64,000 nt of DNA, taken from the NCBI GenBank assembly GCA_949292985.1, contig CASFBF010000011.1, forward strand, positions 81,649-145,648. Direction: 5' to 3'. This document shows positions 44,218 to 53,682 of the stretch, piece after piece. The notes beneath the pieces are model-generated. The model searched no databases, was not told the DNA's origin, and worked only from the letters and a program-made list of their open reading frames with translations. The stretch's first letter is position 1; the number at the start of each line of letters is the position of its first letter. The translations under genes were made by a program, and so were the position numbers. This stretch comes from an uncultured Bacillota bacterium. GTDB lineage: Bacteria; Bacillota; Clostridia; Christensenellales; UBA1242.

Positions 44218-46304
44218 CAGTTTGCCCTAAACACCTTTCTAATTTCTTTAATTGAAGAAAGCAAGTTTATTGCTTTGTCAATCTCTTCTTTGTTTTTAAC
44301 AAAAATAACTATGCTAAATTCCAAGCCACCAGCATTTTCCTTAACTTCAAATGCTCTGATAGAGATTTTTGCAAGAGTTAATGCATTTGTAATCTTGTTA
44401 ATTATGCCATTGCTTTTTTCAGTTTGAGCCTTAATCTCTGCCACAAAGTCAGTTTTAACTTTATCTTCCCATTCGGCATCAATAAGTCGCTCCTGCTCCA
44501 AATATCTGATGTTTGGGCAATCCCGTCTATGAACAGTTACACCATTGCCGTGTGAAATATATCCTACAATTTCATCACCCACAACTGGATGACAGCAACC
44601 TGCATATCTAATCAACAATCCTGTTGCGCCATCAACAATAACGCCCTCAGAGTTTGTTGAAATTTTAACGACTTCTTGTTTTGGTTTAAGTAATTCATGC
44701 TCTTTCAAATATAATGCAATAAATCTGCCAACAACTTGCGTAGCAAGCAAACTTCCACTTCCTATTGCGGCGTATAATTCATCAACGGAAGACATGGAAT
44801 ATTTAAACAACATTTCGTCAATATATTTTTCTTCCAAAAGTTGTGAAACAGAATAATTTCTGGCTTTTGCTGCCTCTTCAAACATGGTTTTACCGCTTTT
44901 AATATTTTCATCTTTAAGTTCATTTTTAAAGAAGTTTTTAATTTTAGAGCGGGCTGTTGAAGACTTAACATGGTTCAGCCAATCACGAGATGGGCCTTTG
45001 CTTGTTGATGAAGTTATAATTTCAACAACATCACCATTTTTAAGTTCTGTGTATAATGGCTTCATAACATTGTTAATTTTCCCGCCAACGCAGTGATTTC
45101 CAACATCTGAATGAATTGCATATGCAAAGTCAATAATAGTTGAACCGTTTGGAAAATCTAAAACCTTACCTTTTGGTGTTTGAACAAAAATTTCCCCACT
45201 ATACAAATTTGTTTTTAGCGATTCAACAAAATCTTCGGATGAAAGAGTTTGGGCACTTTCCATAATCTCTCTAAACCACGAAAGTTTTTTATCAAGTTTA
45301 GTTGTTCCGCTTCGTTTTTCTTTGTAGATCCAATGCGCAGCAATGCCATATTCGCAATTCTTATGCATATCAAAAGTTCTGATTTGAATTTCAAGCGGGC
45401 GCATATTTTCAACAATAACTGTTGTATGCAAAGTTCGATAGCCATTAGGTTTTGGATTGGAAATATAGTCTTTAACTCTTCCCGGCACAGGTTTATATAT
45501 TGCGTGAATTTTACCGAAAACTGCATAACAATCTTCCACGGTATTCACAAGCACACGCATAGCAATCAAATCGTAGATTTGCGCCATTGTTACATTTTGT
45601 GCTTTGATTTTTCTAAATATTGAAGAAACATGCTTTTGCCTAGCCTGAATTTCACCTTCAATTCCTAGTTCATTTAATATATTAGTTAAACGCACTTTGG
45701 TGATTTCAATTTGTTTTTCATTGCTGTCTTTTTGTTTTTCAAGTTCACTAATAAGTGCATTATACATGGCAGGGTCTTGCAACTTAAAGCAATAATCTTC
45801 CATGTATGATTTCATAGAAGACAGTCCCAACCTTTCCGCAAGCGGAGCAAACACTTCTTTTACGTTGCTTACAAAGTCTTTGTCGGCATCGTTAAGTGGC
45901 AAAGAAAGATGTTTAACATCATATAAAATGCCAGCCAATTTGATAATAACAACCCTAACATCGTTGCCCATTCCCAAAAACATTTTTCTAATGTCCTCCG
46001 CCTCTTCGGTTTTGGAAACATATCTTATATCTTTTAAGTTTTTAAAGCCATTGTAAATGGAAAGTTCATCTTTTGTAAAACTTTGACTTACTTCATCGGC
46101 TTTTTCTGGCTTAACTTTAAAAAGTTGATAACCTAAAAATCCTACCACCGAACTTTTATCAAGTTTAAGTTCAATGATAAAATCAAGAATTTCTTCACAC
46201 CGTGAAACATCCATCTCATTGTCAGCAAGCCTAACAATAAGTGCTTTATCCTTTTCTTGAAGTTTATAATTTTTAAAAACTTTTTTAATTAGGTTGGTTT
46301 TCAT
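44217..46304 (-). CDS. relA: Long RelA/SpoT homologue: (p)ppGpp synthetase with a degenerate HD hydrolase domain
   Basis: 695 aa. The synthetase motifs are intact (GRVKDYISNPKPNGYRTLHTTV, LEIQIRTFDMH, AAHWIYKE) and TGS and ACT-like C-terminal domains are present. HD-domain hallmarks are replaced (see findings). Confidence 0.9.
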   Translation of the reverse strand: MKTNLIKKVFKNYKLQEKDKALIVRLADNEMDVSRCEEILDFIIELKLDKSSVVGFLGYQLFKVKPEKADEVSQSFTKDELSIYNGFKNLKDIRYVSKTEEAEDIRKMFLGMGNDVRVVIIKLAGILYDVKHLSLPLNDADKDFVSNVKEVFAPLAERLGLSSMKSYMEDYCFKLQDPAMYNALISELEKQKDSNEKQIEITKVRLTNILNELGIEGEIQARQKHVSSIFRKIKAQNVTMAQIYDLIAMRVLVNTVEDCYAVFGKIHAIYKPVPGRVKDYISNPKPNGYRTLHTTVIVENMRPLEIQIRTFDMHKNCEYGIAAHWIYKEKRSGTTKLDKKLSWFREIMESAQTLSSEDFVESLKTNLYSGEIFVQTPKGKVLDFPNGSTIIDFAYAIHSDVGNHCVGGKINNVMKPLYTELKNGDVVEIITSSTSKGPSRDWLNHVKSSTARSKIKNFFKNELKDENIKSGKTMFEEAAKARNYSVSQLLEEKYIDEMLFKYSMSSVDELYAAIGSGSLLATQVVGRFIALYLKEHELLKPKQEVVKISTNSEGVIVDGATGLLIRYAGCCHPVVGDEIVGYISHGNGVTVHRRDCPNIRYLEQERLIDAEWEDKVKTDFVAEIKAQTEKSNGIINKITNALTLAKISIRAFEVKENAGGLEFSIVIFVKNKEEIDKAINLLSSIKEIRKVFRAN

Positions 46305-48660
46305 ATTTATCCTTAAAAATATTTTTTAAAAGCAGAAGTTTAGAATATATTTTTGAATTTGATAGTTCTGTTTTATGGCTTTTGTTTGCAACAAAATTTA
46401 TTGTTCCTTCGCCTTCAATGTTTAAAAGTTCTAACTCTTCGAAAACTTTAATAGCAACAAAAACATCAAGAAATTTATATCCCCGTCCAGCAAATATTTT
46501 ATCATATAAATCAAAAATGTTAGCAAATTTTTCACGCTGTTTAGAACAAATAATTGAATATATTCTAGCAAAATGTTCCCTAGATAAATTAAGTTGATTG
46601 TATTTTGCAATTTTAGCATTTTTATCCATAGGAACAAATATTTGGGCTTTTGAAACTTTGTTTATTGCACTAATATATCCCTCTTCTAAAACAGGCGAAA
46701 GAAAAATAATCTTATCAAAATTCTTTGCCCATTCCACTCCCTCTGGTGAAAGCAACAAAGAATTATAACCTAAACATAATTTGTCGCAAATGCCGTAATG
46801 AAATATACCCTGATTTGAATAAGTTTTTGCAAATTCAACATATTCATATCCCGAAAATGAAACAAACGCAGTCCCAAAAACAGTTGAACCCACTTGCGCA
46901 ACAAAATTCAAAACATCTTGTTGCGAATATAAATTATAGTTTGCTGGCGAAGTTTTATCAAATTTAAGTTGCTCCACTTCAAACGGATATACAAAATTGT
47001 TGGTGTCTTGATTTATAAATGATCCACCATCAAAACAATCTACAATTCCTTTGCGCCCCCCATCTTGAAACTCAAATATAAAACTTTTTTGCCTAGAAAA
47101 CCTTAGTGCATTGGCGTAAGGCGTGTAATTAAACATCAACAAAGGAAAATCCCCAATTTTTATTTCTGCGTGTTCGGGATATTTTTTCATAGGTGTAAAC
47201 TGGGCATCACTTGCCGTAATTTTAAATTTTGGCGTAGAGTTAGAACAACCACAAGGTTGTAAAAGGTTTAATTCTTCTAAAAGTTTATCATCAATCATAT
47301 CAAGCGAAATTTCTTTGTCATAATATTTGATTGGTATAAACACTTCTTGATTAACATGGCTGAAAACAAAAGCATTTATGCGTTTTGAAAACTCTTCATA
47401 GTTTTCTCTTTTAATGCTTACGCCTGCCGCCATAGAATGCCCGCCATAAGTTTCCAAAATGTCTGACATAGAAGAAAGCAATGCATGAATATTGATGTCA
47501 TCAATACTTCTGCCAGAGCCCTTTAAAATGTCCCCTTCCTGTGAAAACAAGAAAACTGGTCTGTGAAATTTTTCCACAAGCCGTGAACAAACAATGCCCA
47601 GCACACCTTGGTCCCAGCGTTTTGAAGCAAGCACAATAACCCTAATGTTTTTTAAATCCACTTTTGCCAAGGCTTTAATGGCCTGTTCATAAATTTGATT
47701 GCATATATATTGACGCTTTTGATTATGCTCGTTTATTTTAACAAGAAGTTTTTTAACTTTAACAGGGTTAGTTTCAAGATACAATTTTAGTGAATCTGCT
47801 GCATCGCCCATTCTGCCAGAAGCGTTAAGTTTTGGGGCAATTTTAAATGAAATAGCGTTTGAAGATGGTGATGTAATTGAAACTTTGTTTTCCTTAAACA
47901 GTGCCTTAATCCCAACAGGCAAATGTCTTTCAAAAAGTTTAAGCCCCCTTGCAACAATTCTTCTGTTTTCACTAAGAAGAGGAACTATGTCGGCAATTGT
48001 TGCAATGGCGGCAATAGGCAGAAGTTCTTCAACTGTCCTTTCTCCCAAAAGTGCTTCGCAAAGTTTATAAGCAAGCCCCGCCCCGCACAAACCATTAAAT
48101 TCAAATTTTTGGTTTGGAATTTTTGCATTTATAACAAGTGTATCAGGCAATTTTTCAGGCAACTCATGGTGGTCTGTTACAATTATTTCAACACCCTTTT
48201 GTTTGGCATATTCTACTTCTTCGTAGCATGAAATACCACAATCAACTGTTATGATAAGATTGGGCGAAAACTTATCAATAACTTTATCAAGCACATCTTT
48301 TGTAAGTCCGTAGCCGTCAACATACCTGTTTGGAAGATAGTAGTATGCATCAATACCATATCTTTTTAACCCTTTAATCATTATTGCAGTTGCGCTTACT
48401 CCATCAACATCGTAATCACCAAAAATCAAAACCCTGTCGCCCATTCGCTTGGCAAGTTCAACCCTATCACAAAACTCTTTCACACCATTCAAATCAAATG
48501 GCGATAATGTGGTTGATGGTTTTAAAAACTCTTTAATTTTTTGTTCGTTAGCGCCAACACGCGACAAAATTATCTCCATCACAAATGGAGAGATATTAAA
48601 TTTTTCAGCAAAAAACTCCGCTTTATTTGCGTCCTTATTAAAATACTGTTTAAAAATCAT
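46285..48660 (-). CDS. recJ: Single-stranded-DNA-specific exonuclease RecJ
   Basis: 791 aa. DHH motifs (FGDYDVDGVS, VTDHHE), a DHHA1 domain and a long C-terminal extension as in B. subtilis RecJ. Confidence 0.92.
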   Translation of the reverse strand: MIFKQYFNKDANKAEFFAEKFNISPFVMEIILSRVGANEQKIKEFLKPSTTLSPFDLNGVKEFCDRVELAKRMGDRVLIFGDYDVDGVSATAIMIKGLKRYGIDAYYYLPNRYVDGYGLTKDVLDKVIDKFSPNLIITVDCGISCYEEVEYAKQKGVEIIVTDHHELPEKLPDTLVINAKIPNQKFEFNGLCGAGLAYKLCEALLGERTVEELLPIAAIATIADIVPLLSENRRIVARGLKLFERHLPVGIKALFKENKVSITSPSSNAISFKIAPKLNASGRMGDAADSLKLYLETNPVKVKKLLVKINEHNQKRQYICNQIYEQAIKALAKVDLKNIRVIVLASKRWDQGVLGIVCSRLVEKFHRPVFLFSQEGDILKGSGRSIDDINIHALLSSMSDILETYGGHSMAAGVSIKRENYEEFSKRINAFVFSHVNQEVFIPIKYYDKEISLDMIDDKLLEELNLLQPCGCSNSTPKFKITASDAQFTPMKKYPEHAEIKIGDFPLLMFNYTPYANALRFSRQKSFIFEFQDGGRKGIVDCFDGGSFINQDTNNFVYPFEVEQLKFDKTSPANYNLYSQQDVLNFVAQVGSTVFGTAFVSFSGYEYVEFAKTYSNQGIFHYGICDKLCLGYNSLLLSPEGVEWAKNFDKIIFLSPVLEEGYISAINKVSKAQIFVPMDKNAKIAKYNQLNLSREHFARIYSIICSKQREKFANIFDLYDKIFAGRGYKFLDVFVAIKVFEELELLNIEGEGTINFVANKSHKTELSNSKIYSKLLLLKNIFKDKYENQPN

Positions 48661-48711
48661 AACATCTTATGCCCCAAGTATAACAAATCAACAGGTTTTA
48701 ACAAAATGATA

Positions 48712-48739
48712 TTGACAATTTATAAAAATAAATTATAAT
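48712..48739 (+). promoter_or_regulatory. Consensus sigmaA promoter of the two-gene orphan cassette
   Basis: TTGACA (48712..48717), 16 nt spacer, TATAAT (48734..48739), 18 nt upstream of the ATG. AAGGAG RBS. Confidence 0.6.
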
Positions 48740-48757
48740 TTATGTTAAGGAGCACCA

Positions 48758-49327
48758 ATGAAAACATTATCAAAAATTAAAGACGAAAAAATCATAAAAA
48801 GGGCAACAATTAACACGGATATAATAAATGACCAAATTTTACAATATGACAAAATAATAAAATTTGTTAACAAAGAATTTGAAGAAAGTATTTTATACGA
48901 TTCTTTTGATACAAAATTATTAAACTACATGGAAAACTGCGCAAGAGAAGCAAAAAATTTAATGAAAAAAATCCACAATAGTCTTAAATTTGACATAGAA
49001 AATTATGCTACTTCAAAAACAAAAAATGATGATTTTAAATTTTTGGCAACTGATTCAAGTTTATGCGTGCAACTAAATGAAACGACATTGGCAAAAATAA
49101 GATTGTTAAAAATCATATATGCACGAAGAACTGGTATAGACGATATAAATAAAGAAGCGATAGAAAGAAAAATTTTGCCTATCATAAAAGAAGAAAGTAA
49201 AATTCAACTAATGTTTGGAAATGACAGTTTTGAAGAACGCCAAAAAACGATGATTGCTCAACTTTTTGATAGTAAAGCCCGACATGTAACGCCATTTATG
49301 ATTTTTGCACGAGAACGAGAAAAATAA
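48758..49327 (+). CDS. Hypothetical protein (189 aa, Lys/Glu-rich, helical)
   Basis: ORF with RBS AAGGAGCACCAATG. No recognised motif. Confidence 0.65.
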   Translation: MKTLSKIKDEKIIKRATINTDIINDQILQYDKIIKFVNKEFEESILYDSFDTKLLNYMENCAREAKNLMKKIHNSLKFDIENYATSKTKNDDFKFLATDSSLCVQLNETTLAKIRLLKIIYARRTGIDDINKEAIERKILPIIKEESKIQLMFGNDSFEERQKTMIAQLFDSKARHVTPFMIFAREREK

Positions 49328-49347
49328 ATAAATAATTAGGAGCACAA

Positions 49348-49821
49348 ATGAAATACAAAAAGAAAACAACAAGCGAGCGTCTAACCGAGCAAATAACCGA
49401 CGGAATGAAATTGCTTATTGCCGAAGACAGAAAAAAATTAGGCTGGTTTTTGATGTATGATGAAAAATTAAACTCACCTGAACATTTTCAGTTACAAACT
49501 TTTTTTAGGCGCTGTAGCAGGATTCTATCATCTCAAATGCACTCATTTAATAATTTAGATGAAGACATTCAAAATGATGCTTGGAGATATGTTGCTTTGA
49601 TTTATGAAAATTTAGTTAAAAAGATACAACCCACAAACGAATATTTTGAAGACAAAGACAAAGTAAAGTTAATTCAAAGTTATAAAGAAATAGACTTGAA
49701 TTTGGATAAAACAGCAAAATTATTTCCTGAAAAATTACAAGAATATAGAGACTTACTAAACGAAGAATACCAACTTATTTTATTTGGAAAATTATTAAAA
49801 GAAAAAGCATTTATTATTTAA
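49348..49821 (+). CDS. Hypothetical protein (157 aa, helical)
   Basis: ORF with RBS TAGGAGCACAAATG, nearly identical in context to the upstream gene. No recognised motif. Confidence 0.65.
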   Translation: MKYKKKTTSERLTEQITDGMKLLIAEDRKKLGWFLMYDEKLNSPEHFQLQTFFRRCSRILSSQMHSFNNLDEDIQNDAWRYVALIYENLVKKIQPTNEYFEDKDKVKLIQSYKEIDLNLDKTAKLFPEKLQEYRDLLNEEYQLILFGKLLKEKAFII

Positions 49822-49850
49822 AAAAAATCCGTATTTTGCGGATTTTTTTA
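49822..49850 (+). terminator. Rho-independent terminator of the orphan cassette
   Basis: AATCCG-tattttg-CGGATT followed by T7, immediately after the stop codon. Confidence 0.6.
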
Positions 49851-49900
49851 TTTTTTTAATTATTTTTATAAATTTCTTTTATTATTTTATTTATTAAAAT

Positions 49901-50668
49901 TTATTTTTCGTCAATATTTTCTAAATTGCTTTTTTCTTCGATTTTTTCTGGCAAAGAATTATTTTTATTTATTTTTTTATTATTTTTTTCAAATAATTTA
50001 TATTTATTTGAAAACTCTTTTTCAAAAGTTTCTATAAATAAATTTTTCTTTGTCAATTTTGCAATAATATAATGCAAGAAAAATACAATTGCACCAGACA
50101 AATTACAAACAATATCAATCATTGTGTCTGTTACAAGTGGCGCATCATAGCCTTCCACCGGAACACCTTGTGCAGTTTGCCCTGCAACATTATCAACAAA
50201 CCATTCACATACTTCCCACACACATTCCACAAACAAAGAAAAACATAAGCAAAAAAACGCAACCGTTAAGAAATTCATTGTTTTATTTTGTTTTGTTCTG
50301 CAAAGGATAAAAAGCCCAAGCATTGCCACTACATATCCCATTATTATATGCACAACAATATCAAGCCAAGCAAAAGTGTTGTAACCGTTAAATGCAGCAC
50401 CCCACAGTCCCGCAATAGCCAAATAAATGTTAAAAACTAAAAACACAGAGTTTGGAATTTTGCCTCTTGAAATTATTTCGTAGATAAAAGGTATTAATCC
50501 AAAAAACAACATACTAAGACTTGCCAAAAATCTGTTATTTGGGTCGCCTTGGGTTTTATAGTAAATAGCCATTGCAACACCAGTAAGCATAATTGCAAGG
50601 TCTAAGGCAATCATGCACCATCTAAAAATCTTCTGCTTTTTTGTCATGGTTAACAAAACTTTTTCCAT
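49901..50668 (-). CDS. Integral membrane protein of unknown function (about 6 TM, Lys/Asn/Glu-rich tail)
   Basis: 255-aa ORF ending 2 nt from the valS stop side, so it lies in an operon with valS. No confident family assignment. Confidence 0.65.
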   Translation of the reverse strand: MEKVLLTMTKKQKIFRWCMIALDLAIMLTGVAMAIYYKTQGDPNNRFLASLSMLFFGLIPFIYEIISRGKIPNSVFLVFNIYLAIAGLWGAAFNGYNTFAWLDIVVHIIMGYVVAMLGLFILCRTKQNKTMNFLTVAFFCLCFSLFVECVWEVCEWFVDNVAGQTAQGVPVEGYDAPLVTDTMIDIVCNLSGAIVFFLHYIIAKLTKKNLFIETFEKEFSNKYKLFEKNNKKINKNNSLPEKIEEKSNLENIDEK

Positions 50669-50670
50669 AC

Positions 50671-53253
50671 TTAATCCTTTAACAAACTTTCAAGCAAAGC
50701 CTTATTTTTTTGCAATTTGTTTCGTTCCTCTTCAACAAGTGATTTCGGAGCCTTTTCAACAAAGCGCGGATTTTCAAGCATCTTTGTGCTTCTTTGAATT
50801 TCAAATTGCAACTGCTCAATTTCTTTTTGTTTTCGTTCGCGCTCTTTATCTTCGTCAACAAGTTGACCAATAGGAAGATAAGCATTCAATTCGTCGGCAT
50901 TTACTTTAACATACTTTTCAGAAATTTGACTTTCGTTTTGGATAACTTCTATCTCATTTCCAAAGCCAAGTTTATTTATTCCTGCCAACAAACCATCATT
51001 AAGTTTAATTTTAGAATTAACATAAATTTTAGTTCGTTTATTGTCTGGAACTTTATATTCTGCCCTAACAGTTCTTATCGCTTTTATAAGTTTCACAATT
51101 TCCTCAAACTGCTTTGAATTTGTGCTTCTTTCTCCCTCAGGGAATTTGCAAAGCATAATAGTTTTTTCGTGAATTGGTAAAGACAGATAAATATATTCCG
51201 TAACAAATGGAATGAAAATATGGAACAATTTAAGGCTGTCGCCAAGCACCTTCAAAAGAACACTTTGCGTTGTTTGTTTTGCCTTTTCATTCTCTCCATA
51301 TAAATCTAATTTTGCAAGTTCAATATACCAGTCACAGAACTTACCAACAAAAAACTCCATAAGAAGCCCTAATGCCCCAGAAAGATTATACCTATCTATG
51401 CTTTTGTTAAACGCTTTAATTGTTTTATTAAGGTGATATAAAATCCATTTATCTTTTTCAGACAGGTTTTCAAGTTTAATTTCCTTAACGCCTTCGGTTG
51501 CAGAAATTACAAACTTGCTGGCATTATAAATTTTGTTAATAAAAATTTTAGCCTCTTTAATTCTATCTTCGCTATATTTCAGGTCTGTCCCCATGCTCAT
51601 ACCGTTAATTAACGAAAGTCTAAGAGCGTCTGCCCCATATTTTGCAATCATTTCCATTGGGTCGATGCCATTGCCAAGATGTTTTGACATTTTAATGCCC
51701 TTGGCATCTCTTACAATACCATTTATGACAACATCTTTAAAAGGAATTTGCTTCATAAATTCCAAACTAGAAAACACCATTTTTGAAACCCAGAATGTTA
51801 TTATATCATAACCAGTTACGAGCACATCTGTTGGGTAGTAATATTTTAACTCTGGTGTTTGATTTGGATAGCCAAGTGTTGAAAATGGCCAAAGCGCAGA
51901 AGAAAACCATGTGTCAAGCACATCAGTATCTTGATGTAATTTTTTGCTACCACATTTTGGACAAATTACTGGGTCCTGTTCTTCAACAATCTGTTCGCCA
52001 CAATCTTCACAATAGAAAACAGGAATTCTGTGCCCCAGCCAAATTTGCCTTGAAATGCACCAATCTTTAATATTTCCAAGCCAATTTAAATAGGTTTTTT
52101 CAAAACGCTTAGGAACAAACCTAACCTTGCCCGACTTAACAACTTCAATGGCAGGTTTTGCAAGTTCTTGCATTTTTACAAACCACTGAGTTGAAATTTT
52201 TGGTTCTGTCATGCTACCGCAACGCTCGCAAGTTCCAACTTTATTTTTATATTTTTCAACTTTAACAAGATAGCCCTGTTTTTTAAGTTCTTCTTCGATA
52301 GGTTTTCTTGCTTCAATTCTATCCATGCCCTTAAACTTGCCTGCCACCTCAGTAAGTTTTCCTTCGTCATCAATGCAGACAATATTTTCAAGGTTATGTC
52401 TAAGCCCAATTTCATAGTCGTTAGGGTCGTGAGCAGGTGTAATTTTAACGGCGCCTGTTCCAAACTCCATTTCACTGTATTCATCAGCAATAAGTTTAAT
52501 TGTTCTGCCTGTAAGTGGCAAAATTAAATCCTTGCCTATAAAATCTTTGTAGCGTGGGTCTTTTGGGTTGACAGCAACAGCGGTGTCACCAAACAATGTT
52601 TCAGGTCGTGTTGTTGCAATAACAACTTCTCCACTTCCATCAGCAAAAGGATAGCGTATATGCCAAAGGAATGTGTTTTGTTCAATATACACATTTTCAT
52701 TATCAGAAATTGTGGTTTTACATGATGGGCAATAATTTACAGAGCGCTTACCACGATAAATGTATCCTTTCTTATAATATTCAACAAAAGCATGCCTTAC
52801 TGCGGCACAAAGGTTTTCGTCCATTGTGAATGCGGTTCTATCCCAATCAGGAGAAATGCCAAGTTTTTCAAGTTGAAGTTTAATTAAATCACCATATTCG
52901 GCATACCATTTTTCGCCCCTGCGAATAAAATCTTCACGACCAACCTGTTCTTTTGTAAGCCCCTCTTTTTTTAGCGCTTTGCATAAAACTTCTTCTGTTG
53001 CAATGGCTGCATGGTCAGTTCCAGGCGTCCACAAAGTTTCGTAGCCCTGCATACGCTTTCTACGAACTAAAATATCTTGAATAGTGTTATTTAAAGCATG
53101 CCCAACATGCGCCTTACCAGTTACATTTGGTGGTGGCATAACAATTGAAAACTTAGGTTTGTTTGGGTTTGGAAATGACGCAAAATACTTATTTTTAAGC
53201 CATTCATTATAAATTTTCTCTTCAAAATTGCTTGGCTGATATGTTTTATCCAT
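50671..53253 (-). CDS. valS: Valine--tRNA ligase
   Basis: 860 aa. HIGH-type PPPNVTGKAHVGHA, KMSKHLGN, a CP1 editing domain and a C-terminal coiled coil. Confidence 0.96.
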   Translation of the reverse strand: MDKTYQPSNFEEKIYNEWLKNKYFASFPNPNKPKFSIVMPPPNVTGKAHVGHALNNTIQDILVRRKRMQGYETLWTPGTDHAAIATEEVLCKALKKEGLTKEQVGREDFIRRGEKWYAEYGDLIKLQLEKLGISPDWDRTAFTMDENLCAAVRHAFVEYYKKGYIYRGKRSVNYCPSCKTTISDNENVYIEQNTFLWHIRYPFADGSGEVVIATTRPETLFGDTAVAVNPKDPRYKDFIGKDLILPLTGRTIKLIADEYSEMEFGTGAVKITPAHDPNDYEIGLRHNLENIVCIDDEGKLTEVAGKFKGMDRIEARKPIEEELKKQGYLVKVEKYKNKVGTCERCGSMTEPKISTQWFVKMQELAKPAIEVVKSGKVRFVPKRFEKTYLNWLGNIKDWCISRQIWLGHRIPVFYCEDCGEQIVEEQDPVICPKCGSKKLHQDTDVLDTWFSSALWPFSTLGYPNQTPELKYYYPTDVLVTGYDIITFWVSKMVFSSLEFMKQIPFKDVVINGIVRDAKGIKMSKHLGNGIDPMEMIAKYGADALRLSLINGMSMGTDLKYSEDRIKEAKIFINKIYNASKFVISATEGVKEIKLENLSEKDKWILYHLNKTIKAFNKSIDRYNLSGALGLLMEFFVGKFCDWYIELAKLDLYGENEKAKQTTQSVLLKVLGDSLKLFHIFIPFVTEYIYLSLPIHEKTIMLCKFPEGERSTNSKQFEEIVKLIKAIRTVRAEYKVPDNKRTKIYVNSKIKLNDGLLAGINKLGFGNEIEVIQNESQISEKYVKVNADELNAYLPIGQLVDEDKERERKQKEIEQLQFEIQRSTKMLENPRFVEKAPKSLVEEERNKLQKNKALLESLLKD

Positions 53254-53312
53254 TTTGTCTCCTTAACATAAGTAAATATTGAAATTTAATCTATAAAATT
53301 ATATAAAATAAA

Positions 53313-53340
53313 GTAAAAAAAAACAAGCAAAATTGCTTGT
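53313..53340 (-). terminator. Terminator after the 76-aa membrane protein gene, just upstream of valS
   Basis: Minus strand ACAAGC-aatttt-GCTTGT followed by T9. Confidence 0.5.
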
Positions 53341-53570
53341 TATTCTATAATAATCACTATTAACGAAATCAAAATCACCAAAAGCGCAAATGCTTTTAAA
53401 GTAAGCATAACTTTGTCGTTTGGTTCTATCTTATCCGACTTACGAACAAGTTTGGTGATTTTTTTAGCAAATATAGCAACAAGCACACCTATAACCAACA
53501 AAATAATGCCGACTATGACGTTTGGCTGAGCAAATCTATCTAAAATGTTGTTTTCTAAAAGTAATGCCAT
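53340..53570 (-). CDS. Small membrane protein (76 aa, 2 TM)
   Basis: ORF with two hydrophobic helices and its own terminator. Function unknown. Confidence 0.5.
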   Translation of the reverse strand: MALLLENNILDRFAQPNVIVGIILLVIGVLVAIFAKKITKLVRKSDKIEPNDKVMLTLKAFALLVILISLIVIIIE

Positions 53571-53682
53571 GGCTATCCTCCAAATATGCTTTATTTTACC
53601 ATTTATTCATGCAATTGTCAACCCCTGTTTTTCACCATTATGTTATTTTTTTCATAAAATGGCTTTTGTAAAAGGAGGAATA

